Shown here in pieces: positions 37,756-46,430 of a stretch of 64,000 bases of DNA. Below the pieces are notes generated by a model. That model did no database searches. It saw nothing but the letters and a program-made list of their open reading frames with translations, and was not told the DNA's origin. Position 1 is the first letter of the stretch. Each line of letters starts with the position of its first letter. This DNA is from Flavobacteriales bacterium (lineage in GTDB: Bacteria > Bacteroidota > Bacteroidia > Palsa-965), in contig JBEIPA010000002.1 in NCBI GenBank assembly GCA_040377305.1, positions 160,001-224,000 of the forward strand. The letters are read 5' to 3'. A program made the position numbers and the translations under genes.

Positions 37756-40431
37756 ATGAGATTACTACTACTTTTTCTGGCATTGAATTTCGCGACTCAG
37801 CTGAACGCGCAACGATTTATCCAAAATCATGAAACACGCGATGTGACATTCACTGAACTTCAGCGACAGTTCGCTGCGTGGAAAGACACAACTGATCTTA
37901 CACAAACAAAAGGCTGGAAATTTTACAAGCGTTGGGAAATGGAAGTGCTCATGCACACCGATGGCAGTGGTGAACCGGGCGATCCCACAGAATATTTCCG
38001 GGCCGCGACAGCTGAAGCAACACATCGTCAGCCTGCAGGAAATGAAGTTCAGTTTAACGCATGGTATCCTGTTGGTCCGGATTATGTGCCGAACAATCTC
38101 ACCGGTTATATGGAGAACGGAATCGGAAGGATCAACTGCATTGCATTTCATCCGACCGACGTGAACACCTATTACGTTGGAGTTGCGCAAGGTGGCATGT
38201 GGAAAACAACCAACAACGGTACTAGCTGGACTCCCCTCACCGATCAGCTTCCGATTACGCGCATAAGCGACATTGCACTTGATCCCAATGATCCGGATAG
38301 CACGATGTACATTTCGGTGTGCGATTTCGCGTACATAGGCGTTGGATTGGATCTCAACGGACGTAAACGCCACACGCATTATGGAGTTGGTGTGTTCAAG
38401 ACAACTGATGCGGGTGCGACCTGGCAATCAACAGGACTATCGTTCTTGCTCACTGATGGTGATGGTTCACTCATCCGAAAAATTTATGTGAATCCGGCCA
38501 ACAGCAATGAAGTTGTTGCGTGCGGCGTTACCGGAATGTATCGATCAACCGATGCCGGGCAATCGTGGACGATGGTGCAAGCTGGATTATTCTGGGACAT
38601 GATTCAGGATCCAACAACACCGTCGACGTTATACGGTGCTACAGGTTGGGTAATGAATGCAAACGCCGGAGCAACCGGAATTTATAAGTCAACAAATTTC
38701 GGTCAGACGTGGACCGCATTGAACACAGGAATGCCGGGAACAGGAACAGTGCAACGCGTTAAGCTGGCGATTGCCCCTTCCGATCCGAACTACATTTATG
38801 CAATCACGACTGATGTCTTCAGCGGACTGCATGGTATTTACAAAACCACGAATGCAGGTGCTAATTGGAATTTCATTTCTCCTGCATTGAATATTCTTGA
38901 ATACGATGATGGCTTCAACCAGGGTGGTCAGGGAAATTACGACCTCGCGGCAGTAGTGAGTGCAACTAATCGCGATGTGATTTACGTGGGTGGAGTAAAC
39001 CTTTGGGGTTCTGCCGACGGTGGAGTGACGTTCGAACCAGCAAGTCACTGGACGTTGAATTTCGGACCGACGATACACGCCGACATTCATTACCTCGCGC
39101 AACAACCGGTGAGCGGAAATTATTTCGTGTGTAATGATGGTGGAGTTTACAGAACCAGCACGATTCAGACACAAAGCTGGAATGCTGCAAACGGAGGAAA
39201 TCCCTGGCCGACAAACTGGTTGAACATCAGCAATGGCATGCAGGTGACTTCATTCTACCGTTTATCAAGTTCAAGAAATGCGGCAGATCGTCTCATCGCA
39301 GGTGCGCAGGACAATGCATCCTTCTATTTCGATAATGGTGTGTGGAGCACGGTTTACGGCGGAGATGGAATGGATAATTATCTTGATCCTTTGGATGATG
39401 ATATGATATTCGCATCAAGCCAGTATGGAAATTTTGCGAATTCAAATGACGATGGAGCGAGTTTTGGGTGGATGAATGCCAACGTTAATAACGAAGCCGG
39501 TGAGTGGGTTTCTCCTATCGTTGCAGATTACAATAATCCCGGCACCATTTACATTGGATTCGAAAACGTAGTACGTTCAACCAATAACGGAAACACATGG
39601 AATGCAATTTCCAATTTTTCGTTCCAGAATCAGTCTGTTGAAATATGTGCGCTCGCTGTTTCGAATTCGAATTCACAAGCACTGTTGGCAGCTAAACGTG
39701 TTCGCTACGAAGCCAATGAACCTGCGCGCTTGTACAAGACCGTGAACGGTGGTGGATTGTGGACCGACATCACACCCGGATTGCCAGATTCACTTTATTA
39801 CACAGGAGTTGAATTCGATGAGACCACACACAACACAATTTATGTTTGTATGGCTGGGTTCTCTTCCGGCAATAAAGTTTTTCGAAGCACTAACGGCGGA
39901 ACAACGTGGCAGAATATTTCATTCAACCTTCCGAACATTCCTGTGAATTGTATCAAGTACATTCCGGGAGGAAGTGGTGATGTGATGATCGCAACCGACC
40001 TTGGAATATATCTATTGCAATCATCCAGCTCAACCTGGGTGAATCAAAGTCTCGGATTGCCGAACGTTATCTGTAGTGATATTGATTTCAATGTTCCGCT
40101 CAACAAAATTTACGTGAGCACATTCGGGCGCGGCATTTGGGCGACCGATCTTGATGTGTTTACCGGGACGCTCACCACAACAACTTCGGCTGTGACGATG
40201 AATTTGTTTCCATCGCCGAACAATGGAAGTTTCACTTTAGAAATGAATGGTGAAGCCGCAACTGATTTGTACTCACTTGAAATCCGAGATGTGATGGGCA
40301 AGATTGTTCACACGCAATCGTTGCAAGGAAGCAACCGGTATAATGTGCAATTCACTGCTGCGCCGGGAATGTATTATGCGCACATACGCGGGAAGAGTTA
40401 TTCAGGGGTGAAGAGTTTTGTGGTGAATTGA
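37756..40431 (+). CDS. T9SS type A protein with BNR/Asp-box (VPS10/GH74-like) beta-propellers
   Basis: Repeated [KR][ST]T[ND].G.[ST]W Asp-boxes, HADIH, GGDG, STFGRGIW and CTD LFPSPNNG...GMYY...KSFVVN. Confidence 0.88.
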   Translation: MRLLLLFLALNFATQLNAQRFIQNHETRDVTFTELQRQFAAWKDTTDLTQTKGWKFYKRWEMEVLMHTDGSGEPGDPTEYFRAATAEATHRQPAGNEVQFNAWYPVGPDYVPNNLTGYMENGIGRINCIAFHPTDVNTYYVGVAQGGMWKTTNNGTSWTPLTDQLPITRISDIALDPNDPDSTMYISVCDFAYIGVGLDLNGRKRHTHYGVGVFKTTDAGATWQSTGLSFLLTDGDGSLIRKIYVNPANSNEVVACGVTGMYRSTDAGQSWTMVQAGLFWDMIQDPTTPSTLYGATGWVMNANAGATGIYKSTNFGQTWTALNTGMPGTGTVQRVKLAIAPSDPNYIYAITTDVFSGLHGIYKTTNAGANWNFISPALNILEYDDGFNQGGQGNYDLAAVVSATNRDVIYVGGVNLWGSADGGVTFEPASHWTLNFGPTIHADIHYLAQQPVSGNYFVCNDGGVYRTSTIQTQSWNAANGGNPWPTNWLNISNGMQVTSFYRLSSSRNAADRLIAGAQDNASFYFDNGVWSTVYGGDGMDNYLDPLDDDMIFASSQYGNFANSNDDGASFGWMNANVNNEAGEWVSPIVADYNNPGTIYIGFENVVRSTNNGNTWNAISNFSFQNQSVEICALAVSNSNSQALLAAKRVRYEANEPARLYKTVNGGGLWTDITPGLPDSLYYTGVEFDETTHNTIYVCMAGFSSGNKVFRSTNGGTTWQNISFNLPNIPVNCIKYIPGGSGDVMIATDLGIYLLQSSSSTWVNQSLGLPNVICSDIDFNVPLNKIYVSTFGRGIWATDLDVFTGTLTTTTSAVTMNLFPSPNNGSFTLEMNGEAATDLYSLEIRDVMGKIVHTQSLQGSNRYNVQFTAAPGMYYAHIRGKSYSGVKSFVVN

Positions 40432-40512
40432 TGATGTTGGTAAAGCGCCGGTTCGGAGAGGTTGGTGAATTTTTGTGGAGTAAATAAACTAGTTACCGGT
40501 AATTCGACCCTC

Positions 40513-40872
40513 GTGAGAACACTACTCTTTTTTGTGCTGATATACTCGATGAATTCTTGTGCTGAAAAGCAGAATTCCAATTTTCTAATTGGGAGTTGGA
40601 AGCTGCGAGATGTAGTGAATAATACTGGACAGAACGTTTCCGATAAGATGACTTTTTTCGAAAATGATTCGATCTCAATCGAGATATTGCAGGATGGAAA
40701 AGTCATCGAACAGTATTCAGGTAAATTCCAATTAGACACTGTTCGAAACGAGCTTACAGCGATTTATCGGGACAGTATTGCAACAACATTTCAAATTGAG
40801 CTTCTGTCGGAATCTGAACTCGAGCTTTATAATCCCAATACAAAAAGAGTAGACCGCTACCTGAAATATTGA
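40513..40872 (+). CDS. lipocalin-like lipoprotein (putative cassette gene 1)
   Basis: GTG 40513 gives MRTLLFFVLIYSMNSC (lipobox); LIGSWKL lipocalin-like motif. Confidence 0.7.
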   Translation: MRTLLFFVLIYSMNSCAEKQNSNFLIGSWKLRDVVNNTGQNVSDKMTFFENDSISIEILQDGKVIEQYSGKFQLDTVRNELTAIYRDSIATTFQIELLSESELELYNPNTKRVDRYLKY

Positions 40873-40968
40873 ACTACCGGTAACAGCGCATTGGCTCCAC
40901 GCGCTTTTCAAGTATATTTATCAGAAGGAAAAGCGCGCGGAGCCAATCCGCAAAACGTTAGTAGCAAT
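40873..40968 (+). mobile_element. attC-like recombination site (intact)
   Basis: Starts right after the stop codon: ACTACCGGTAAC, a 20-bp arm ATTGGCTCCACGCGCTTTTC, an 18-nt loop, GAAAAGCGCGCGGAGCCAAT, then AAAACGTTAGTAG. Confidence 0.6.
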
Positions 40969-40972
40969 AACC

Positions 40973-41779
40973 ATGAGTAGGGTTCTTCTATTCTTATTAT
41001 TCATATGTTCAAGTCGAATGGCTTGTGGTTCCAATCCATTCTGGGTACGATTGGATAAGAAGTTGATTTCTCAAGTAGTGAAACTTGACAAGAACAATCC
41101 AGTTGAAGTAGAATCTTTTTACAGGCATCGTACCCGAGATACTACCAAACAAAATCTTGGTTTCGGATGGCATATGTGGGAGACAAGGATTGGAGGCGGT
41201 TACATCAGTATTGCTGCGTGCTTCTACTACTTTAATGACACTATTGCGAGTTATTCTCTCTCGCCACAAATGCCTGACGAAGGCAATCTTGTCGTCAAGT
41301 ATTCAGAATGGTACGCACCATCCTTCAAAGTTGATTCCAATAGAGTAACACCGTTCGAATACAATATGAAACGCATTATCTCACCACTTGACAAATATGC
41401 TGGCGACTTAGCACCCGATTCAGTTCCAATGAATATTCGGGAATATATGTCGCCAAGCTCAGGAATCATGTATGGATACCGTGGCGGTTATGGCATGTCA
41501 TTACTGCAAAATCGAGCCGAATTCATGTCGCTGAATGAAAAACTAACTACAGATCAAGTTGTGATTATGATGTATTCGATTAATCCAGCCAGTAGATTTA
41601 CTGCCATAGAATATTACATAACAAATAAGTCTCAGTTCACGGATACACTCAAGATCGATCAATGGATTAATATTTGTTTTGCTGAACTCCCAGAGGTCAC
41701 CACTTTAATGGGCTGCTTTGTTACAAAAATGGATTCACGCTCGCTGGTTTACTTACTCGTTGGAATAAAACCCTACTAA
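40973..41779 (+). CDS. hypothetical exported protein (putative cassette gene 2)
   Basis: Hydrophobic N-terminus, AT-rich, no family I recognise; bounded by the two attC-like sites. Confidence 0.7.
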   Translation: MSRVLLFLLFICSSRMACGSNPFWVRLDKKLISQVVKLDKNNPVEVESFYRHRTRDTTKQNLGFGWHMWETRIGGGYISIAACFYYFNDTIASYSLSPQMPDEGNLVVKYSEWYAPSFKVDSNRVTPFEYNMKRIISPLDKYAGDLAPDSVPMNIREYMSPSSGIMYGYRGGYGMSLLQNRAEFMSLNEKLTTDQVVIMMYSINPASRFTAIEYYITNKSQFTDTLKIDQWINICFAELPEVTTLMGCFVTKMDSRSLVYLLVGIKPY

Positions 41780-41860
41780 CTACCAACGCTAACAGCAAAT
41801 TGGCACAACTCGCTTTCCTCGCATATTTATTAGAGAAAAAGCGCGGATTGCAACCCATTA
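41779..41860 (+). mobile_element. attC-like site (degenerate second copy)
   Basis: TAACAGC..ATTGGC...CGCTTT...ATATTTAT.AGA..AAAAGCGCG aligns with 40881-40938; the right end is eroded and abuts the CYTH stop codon. Confidence 0.5.
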
Positions 41861-42325
41861 CCACGTCGTAAACGGCCTCAACACCAAATTAGCGTTCGTG
41901 TATTGCTTTTCTGTCGTGACGTTGCGATCAATCCAATCGGGCAACAGATACTTCTCATCGATACTGCTCAATTCAATTTCAGCGACAATTAATCCGGAAT
42001 TTAATCCGTGAAACTCATCCACTTCCCAGGTGTGTTCACCGTGTTGCACGTAGTGGCGTGTCTTTACAATGTCCTCGGAACAGAATTCTGCCAACATTTC
42101 TTCGGCATCTGAAAGCGGAATCTCGTATTCGAACTCAAGACGTGATGCGTTGGTCGATTTTCCTTTGATGGTTACGTATCCTTGATCCCCCATGACGCGA
42201 ACGCGTACGGAACTCACAGGTGTTGCAGCTATGTATCCTTGCTTAACGGGCTTACTGTAATCCGGAACAATCTGTTTCCATAGATCAGTTTTGACAAGAT
42301 ACTTGTGTTCGATTTCGGTGGGCAT
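41858..42325 (-). CDS. CYTH domain protein (triphosphate tunnel metalloenzyme)
   Basis: EIEHKYL (ExExK), QGY, VRVR, TIKG, EFEYEIP, WEVDEF and AEIEL motifs. Confidence 0.93.
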   Translation of the reverse strand: MPTEIEHKYLVKTDLWKQIVPDYSKPVKQGYIAATPVSSVRVRVMGDQGYVTIKGKSTNASRLEFEYEIPLSDAEEMLAEFCSEDIVKTRHYVQHGEHTWEVDEFHGLNSGLIVAEIELSSIDEKYLLPDWIDRNVTTEKQYTNANLVLRPFTTW

Positions 42326-42392
42326 AGATGTTGCTTGTTTTTCAAGACGATTTATAACTGCTTGCGTTGGATGTTAATCTATACGCGGGTTA

Positions 42393-42473
42393 ATCCCGAT
42401 AGCTATCGGGACCACGTAGCTCATGTCCTTTTGGGGCTACCTCGCATTTATCCGCGCGATAAATCGCACGGCT
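42393..42473. repeat. cluster of REP-like palindromes
   Basis: TCCCGATAGCTATCGGGA (perfect, 42394-42411), GTAGC...GCTAC and ATTTATC-CGCGC-GATAAAT. Confidence 0.6.
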
Positions 42474-42486
42474 GTCAAATGCTCGG

Positions 42487-43818
42487 CTAGACACTAAACG
42501 TCATTCGCATTCCCGGCGTGAAATCTGAAATACGTCCGTGGTCGTAAGCGACATTTCCATTGACAAATGTTTTCATGACTTTCGCGTGAAACGTAGTTCC
42601 TTCGAACGGCGACCAACCACACTTGCTGAGCACGTTGTCTTTAGTAACTGTCCACGGAGAATCCAGATCAACCAACACGAGATCGGCGTAATATCCTAAG
42701 CGAATGTAACCCCGTTTTTCGATACGGAATAAATCTGCCGGAGCGTGCGCCATCTTCTCCACTACTCTTTCGATGGTAATTTTTCCTTCACGCGCTTTTT
42801 CCAGCATGGCTACAAGTGCGTGCTGCACAAGCGGACCGCCAGAAGGAGCATCGAGGTAAGGTTTCTCTTTCTCTTCGATAGTATGCGGAGCGTGATCGGT
42901 TGCGATTACATCAATGCGGTTATCAAGAACCGCTTCCCAGATTGCTTCACGATCGCGTGGTTCTTTCACGGCAGGATTCCATTTGATGTAGTTGCCTTTG
43001 GTTATGTAATCCTCACTGGAAAACCAAAGATGATGTACACAAGCTTCTGCGGTGATCTTTTTATCCCTCAACGGAATTGAGTTGTCGAACAAGTCAAGTT
43101 CCTCCGCAGTCGAGACATGGAAAATGTGTAAGCGCGTTCCGAATTTCTTCGCGCGTGCAATGGCTTTCGAGGATGAAGCGTAACATGCTTCACGGCTTCG
43201 GATGAGCGGATGTGTTTCAACCGGAACATTGTCGCCGTACTTTTCTTTGTACGCAGCCAGATTCTGTTTGATCATCACGTCATCTTCTGCGTGAACAGCG
43301 ATGAGCATTTTTACATTCGCGAAAATTTTATCGAGCTGTTCTTCACGGTCGACGAGCATGTCGCCTGTTGACGAGCCAAGAAAAATCTTCACGCCGCATA
43401 CTTTCCGCGGATCAAGTTTCAGTATTTCTTCGAGGTTATTATTCGTAGTTCCCATGAAGAACGAATAATTTGCCGGAGAAACTTCTGATGCGCGTTTGTA
43501 TTTCCACTCCAGCAATTCGATTGTAGTTGCCGGTGGAGAAGTATTCGGCTGCTCCATGAATGAAGTAATTCCTCCGGCCACCGCAGCACGGGATTCAGAA
43601 GCAATGTCTGCTTTGTGTGTTAATCCCGGTTCGCGAAAATGAACCTGATCGTCGATGCACCCAGGCAGAAGATACTTTCCGCTTGCGTCGATCTCGAGCA
43701 AACCTTCTGCAGGGAGATTTTGTCCGATTGCTGTAATTTTTCCGTCACGTATGGCAACATCACCTTCGAACGTTTTTCCTTCGTTGACAATATTTGCGTT
43801 GCGGATCAAGTAGTTCAT
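42487..43818 (-). CDS. pyrC: dihydroorotase
   Basis: DDQVHFREPG, AVAGGITS, KWNP, ATDHAPH and ADLVLVD motifs. Confidence 0.92.
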   Translation of the reverse strand: MNYLIRNANIVNEGKTFEGDVAIRDGKITAIGQNLPAEGLLEIDASGKYLLPGCIDDQVHFREPGLTHKADIASESRAAVAGGITSFMEQPNTSPPATTIELLEWKYKRASEVSPANYSFFMGTTNNNLEEILKLDPRKVCGVKIFLGSSTGDMLVDREEQLDKIFANVKMLIAVHAEDDVMIKQNLAAYKEKYGDNVPVETHPLIRSREACYASSSKAIARAKKFGTRLHIFHVSTAEELDLFDNSIPLRDKKITAEACVHHLWFSSEDYITKGNYIKWNPAVKEPRDREAIWEAVLDNRIDVIATDHAPHTIEEKEKPYLDAPSGGPLVQHALVAMLEKAREGKITIERVVEKMAHAPADLFRIEKRGYIRLGYYADLVLVDLDSPWTVTKDNVLSKCGWSPFEGTTFHAKVMKTFVNGNVAYDHGRISDFTPGMRMTFSV

Positions 43819-45053
43819 CAGAATGTAACGTCGAGCGTAAGAATTTCTGTACCGCGCTGAACCTTCACGGTCGTTTTATCGCCTTTGGTAAATTTCGTGA
43901 GTTGTCCCATGTAGTCTGTCATGGAATTAATTGCAACTCCGCCAAGTTCAATGATGATGTCTCCTTGCTTGATTCCCGCACCGAATGCAGGTTTACCTTC
44001 AGTGACACCATCCACACGCAATCCTTTTCCTTCGAATGCGTAGTCAGGCATAATCCCCAGTGTAACCTTGAACTTGGTTTTACCCATGTCCGGATTTTTC
44101 GTGGTGAGAAATTGCAACTTCGGTAGTTCTTCTGTTTTACCGATGATGTTAATCATGTATTCTAAGACCATCTTTTCGCCCTCGTAGTTCACTTTATCCG
44201 CATCATCAGTTGGTTTGTGATAATCCGCATGCTGACCAGTGAAAAAATGGAGAACCGGAATGTTCTTAAGATAAAACGAAGTCTGATCAGAAGGTCCAAC
44301 TCCTGAACTATCCTGTTTGATGCGGAACACCGTACGGAAGCTGCTGATCATCGGAACCCAATCGGGTGCAGTTCCAACACCGTAAATGATGAGCTGCTTT
44401 GTTGAATCATTCAGGCGACCGATCATATCCATGTTGAGCATGTAATTCACTTTCGTGAGATCGATCGTTGGATTTTCACAGAAACGTTTTGAACCGATCA
44501 ATCCGAGTTCTTCTCCCGAAAAACAGATGAAGAGGAAATTGAATTTCTCCTTTGTTCCGTTCGAAGCATAATAGCGCGCTAGTTCCAGTACACCTGACGT
44601 GCCAGAAGCATTGTCATCGGCACCGTTGTGAACTTTTCCATCCGGATTTGCATCCAGGGAATTGTGATCGTGTCCTTGTCCGAGGTGATCGTAGTGCGCT
44701 CCGATAATTACGGTGTATTCCGAACCATTGTCGAGGTATCCGATCACGTTTTTCCCTTTGCGTGATTTCATATTCGCGGAAGAAGTGTCGTGGGGATTCG
44801 GATTAAACTTAAAGTCGAATGATTGGTAATAACCATCCGTTCCCTTCGGAGCGAGTCCGGCTTTCTCGAACTCCTTCGCGATATACGATGCCGCTTTCTT
44901 CTCGCCTTTTGTTGACGTGCCGCGACCTTTCAACTTATCTGAAGCGAGGTACGTAACGTCCTTCTTGATTCGGTCGACCGAAATTTCTGCCGTTTGAGCG
45001 AAAGTGGAAAGGGAGAAAAAGGAAAATGCGAGAACGGAAAGTGTGCGAAGCAT
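43818..45053 (-). CDS. M28 family aminopeptidase with C-terminal PDZ domain
   Basis: GAHYDH, GADDNASG, GEELGL, NMDMIG, SDQ, YHKPTD motifs and PDZ LGIMPD; signal peptide. Confidence 0.92.
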   Translation of the reverse strand: MLRTLSVLAFSFFSLSTFAQTAEISVDRIKKDVTYLASDKLKGRGTSTKGEKKAASYIAKEFEKAGLAPKGTDGYYQSFDFKFNPNPHDTSSANMKSRKGKNVIGYLDNGSEYTVIIGAHYDHLGQGHDHNSLDANPDGKVHNGADDNASGTSGVLELARYYASNGTKEKFNFLFICFSGEELGLIGSKRFCENPTIDLTKVNYMLNMDMIGRLNDSTKQLIIYGVGTAPDWVPMISSFRTVFRIKQDSSGVGPSDQTSFYLKNIPVLHFFTGQHADYHKPTDDADKVNYEGEKMVLEYMINIIGKTEELPKLQFLTTKNPDMGKTKFKVTLGIMPDYAFEGKGLRVDGVTEGKPAFGAGIKQGDIIIELGGVAINSMTDYMGQLTKFTKGDKTTVKVQRGTEILTLDVTF

Positions 45054-45136
45054 GAGCGTGTTTTTGCGTTGACAAAGATAGGAAATCAATGCGCAGTGCT
45101 CAATAGACAATGCGCAATAGAACTATGTTTACTGCC

Positions 45137-45202
45137 GTTGTCAGCTCTCGGTACGTCTGGATTTAGGCAAACTAGATTTTGGCGACTACTCGACCTGACA
45201 AC
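45137..45202. repeat. 66-bp REP/MITE-like element with terminal inverted repeats
   Basis: GTTGTCAG (45137-45144) ... CTGACAAC (45195-45202). Confidence 0.45.
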
Positions 45203-46278
45203 TATTCTACCCAATCAGCGACAAATACGTTTGTATCGTGTGTGCCGCCGTTCAGACGATTTGATGAGAACGCGATTTTCTTTCCGTCGGGAGAAAACAT
45301 CGGGAAAGAATTGAATACGCTTTCGTATGTGATCTGCTCAATGCCTGTACCGTCAAGGTTGACAGTAAAGAGTTGAAAGTTGAATCCTTTTTCTGCTTTG
45401 TGATTAGACGCGAAAATGATTTTCTTGCCTGATGGTGTGAAATACGGAGCCCAGTTTGCTTTACCGAGCGTTGTAATTTGCTTCATTTCTGTTCCGTCGG
45501 CATTGATGGTAAAAATTTCCATCGCTGAAGGAGCAACAAGATTCAGTGCGAGATAGTCTTTATACTCTTTGATTTCGGCTTCTGTTTTCGGGCGTGATGC
45601 GCGGAAAACAATTTTAGTTCCATCGGAATTGAAGAATGCACCTCCGTCGTAACCAAGTTCATTTGTCAATTGCTTCGGTTCAGATCCGTCAATGTTCATG
45701 ATCCACAAGTCGAGATCACCACCGCGCGTTGATGTGAACAGAATTTTGTCGCCTTTCGGAGAAACAACTGCCTCTGCATCGTATCCCGGAGAATTTGTGA
45801 GCTGCTTTGTGACGTTGCCTTTCAAATCGTACACGAAGATGTCGTACGTGTCGTAAATCGGCCAAAGGTATTTTCCATTCTGACGGAGATCTCCGGTTGG
45901 AGGACAAGATTTACCACCCACGTGTGTCGATGCAAACAAGATGTGTTTGTTGTCGGGCATAAAGTAGGAACACGTTGTTCTTCCTTCTCCGTTGCTCATG
46001 CGAATCGCCTTGTAAGTTGAGTCTTTCACCTTCGCAATTTCCATCATATAGATTTGATCGCATGAGTTACCCCACTTTGCGTAGTCTGATTGAAACGTAA
46101 GCATCTTTCCGTTTGGCGACCAGTAAGCTTCTGCATTGTTGCCCCCGAACGTAAGTTGGCGTAAGTTCTTCAGGTGTTTTTCCTGTGGGCTATCGATTGA
46201 CGGTTTTGGCGCTTTGCCAGCAGTGATGAATAAGGCACAAATAAGAGCAAAAGGGAGAATCACAGCGGATTTTTTCAT
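45202..46278 (-). CDS. TolB-like PD40 beta-propeller protein
   Basis: Repeated SP.GK/FSPDGKKIAFSSNR, NAEAYWS, GYDAEA and GYDGGAFF motifs; upstream of the M28-PDZ peptidase. Confidence 0.88.
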   Translation of the reverse strand: MKKSAVILPFALICALFITAGKAPKPSIDSPQEKHLKNLRQLTFGGNNAEAYWSPNGKMLTFQSDYAKWGNSCDQIYMMEIAKVKDSTYKAIRMSNGEGRTTCSYFMPDNKHILFASTHVGGKSCPPTGDLRQNGKYLWPIYDTYDIFVYDLKGNVTKQLTNSPGYDAEAVVSPKGDKILFTSTRGGDLDLWIMNIDGSEPKQLTNELGYDGGAFFNSDGTKIVFRASRPKTEAEIKEYKDYLALNLVAPSAMEIFTINADGTEMKQITTLGKANWAPYFTPSGKKIIFASNHKAEKGFNFQLFTVNLDGTGIEQITYESVFNSFPMFSPDGKKIAFSSNRLNGGTHDTNVFVADWVE

Positions 46279-46430
46279 TTCGCAAAATTAGAAATACACG
46301 AATCTTGCTGTGTCTGAGCAATGTCAACTCGTTAAGTGAAAGCCGCTAAGAGCCAGAACTTTAACAATTTGGAGAGTTGTTCCGCACTGGTAATGAGTAC
46401 CTTTGCACCCTAACAAATTTTGACTTATAA

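Noticed and set aside
41858-42325. CYTH gene as part of a cyclic-nucleotide defence system or as a third cassette
   Set aside because: It is on the opposite strand to the cassettes, is an ordinary CYTH protein downstream of pyrC, and has no effector genes nearby.
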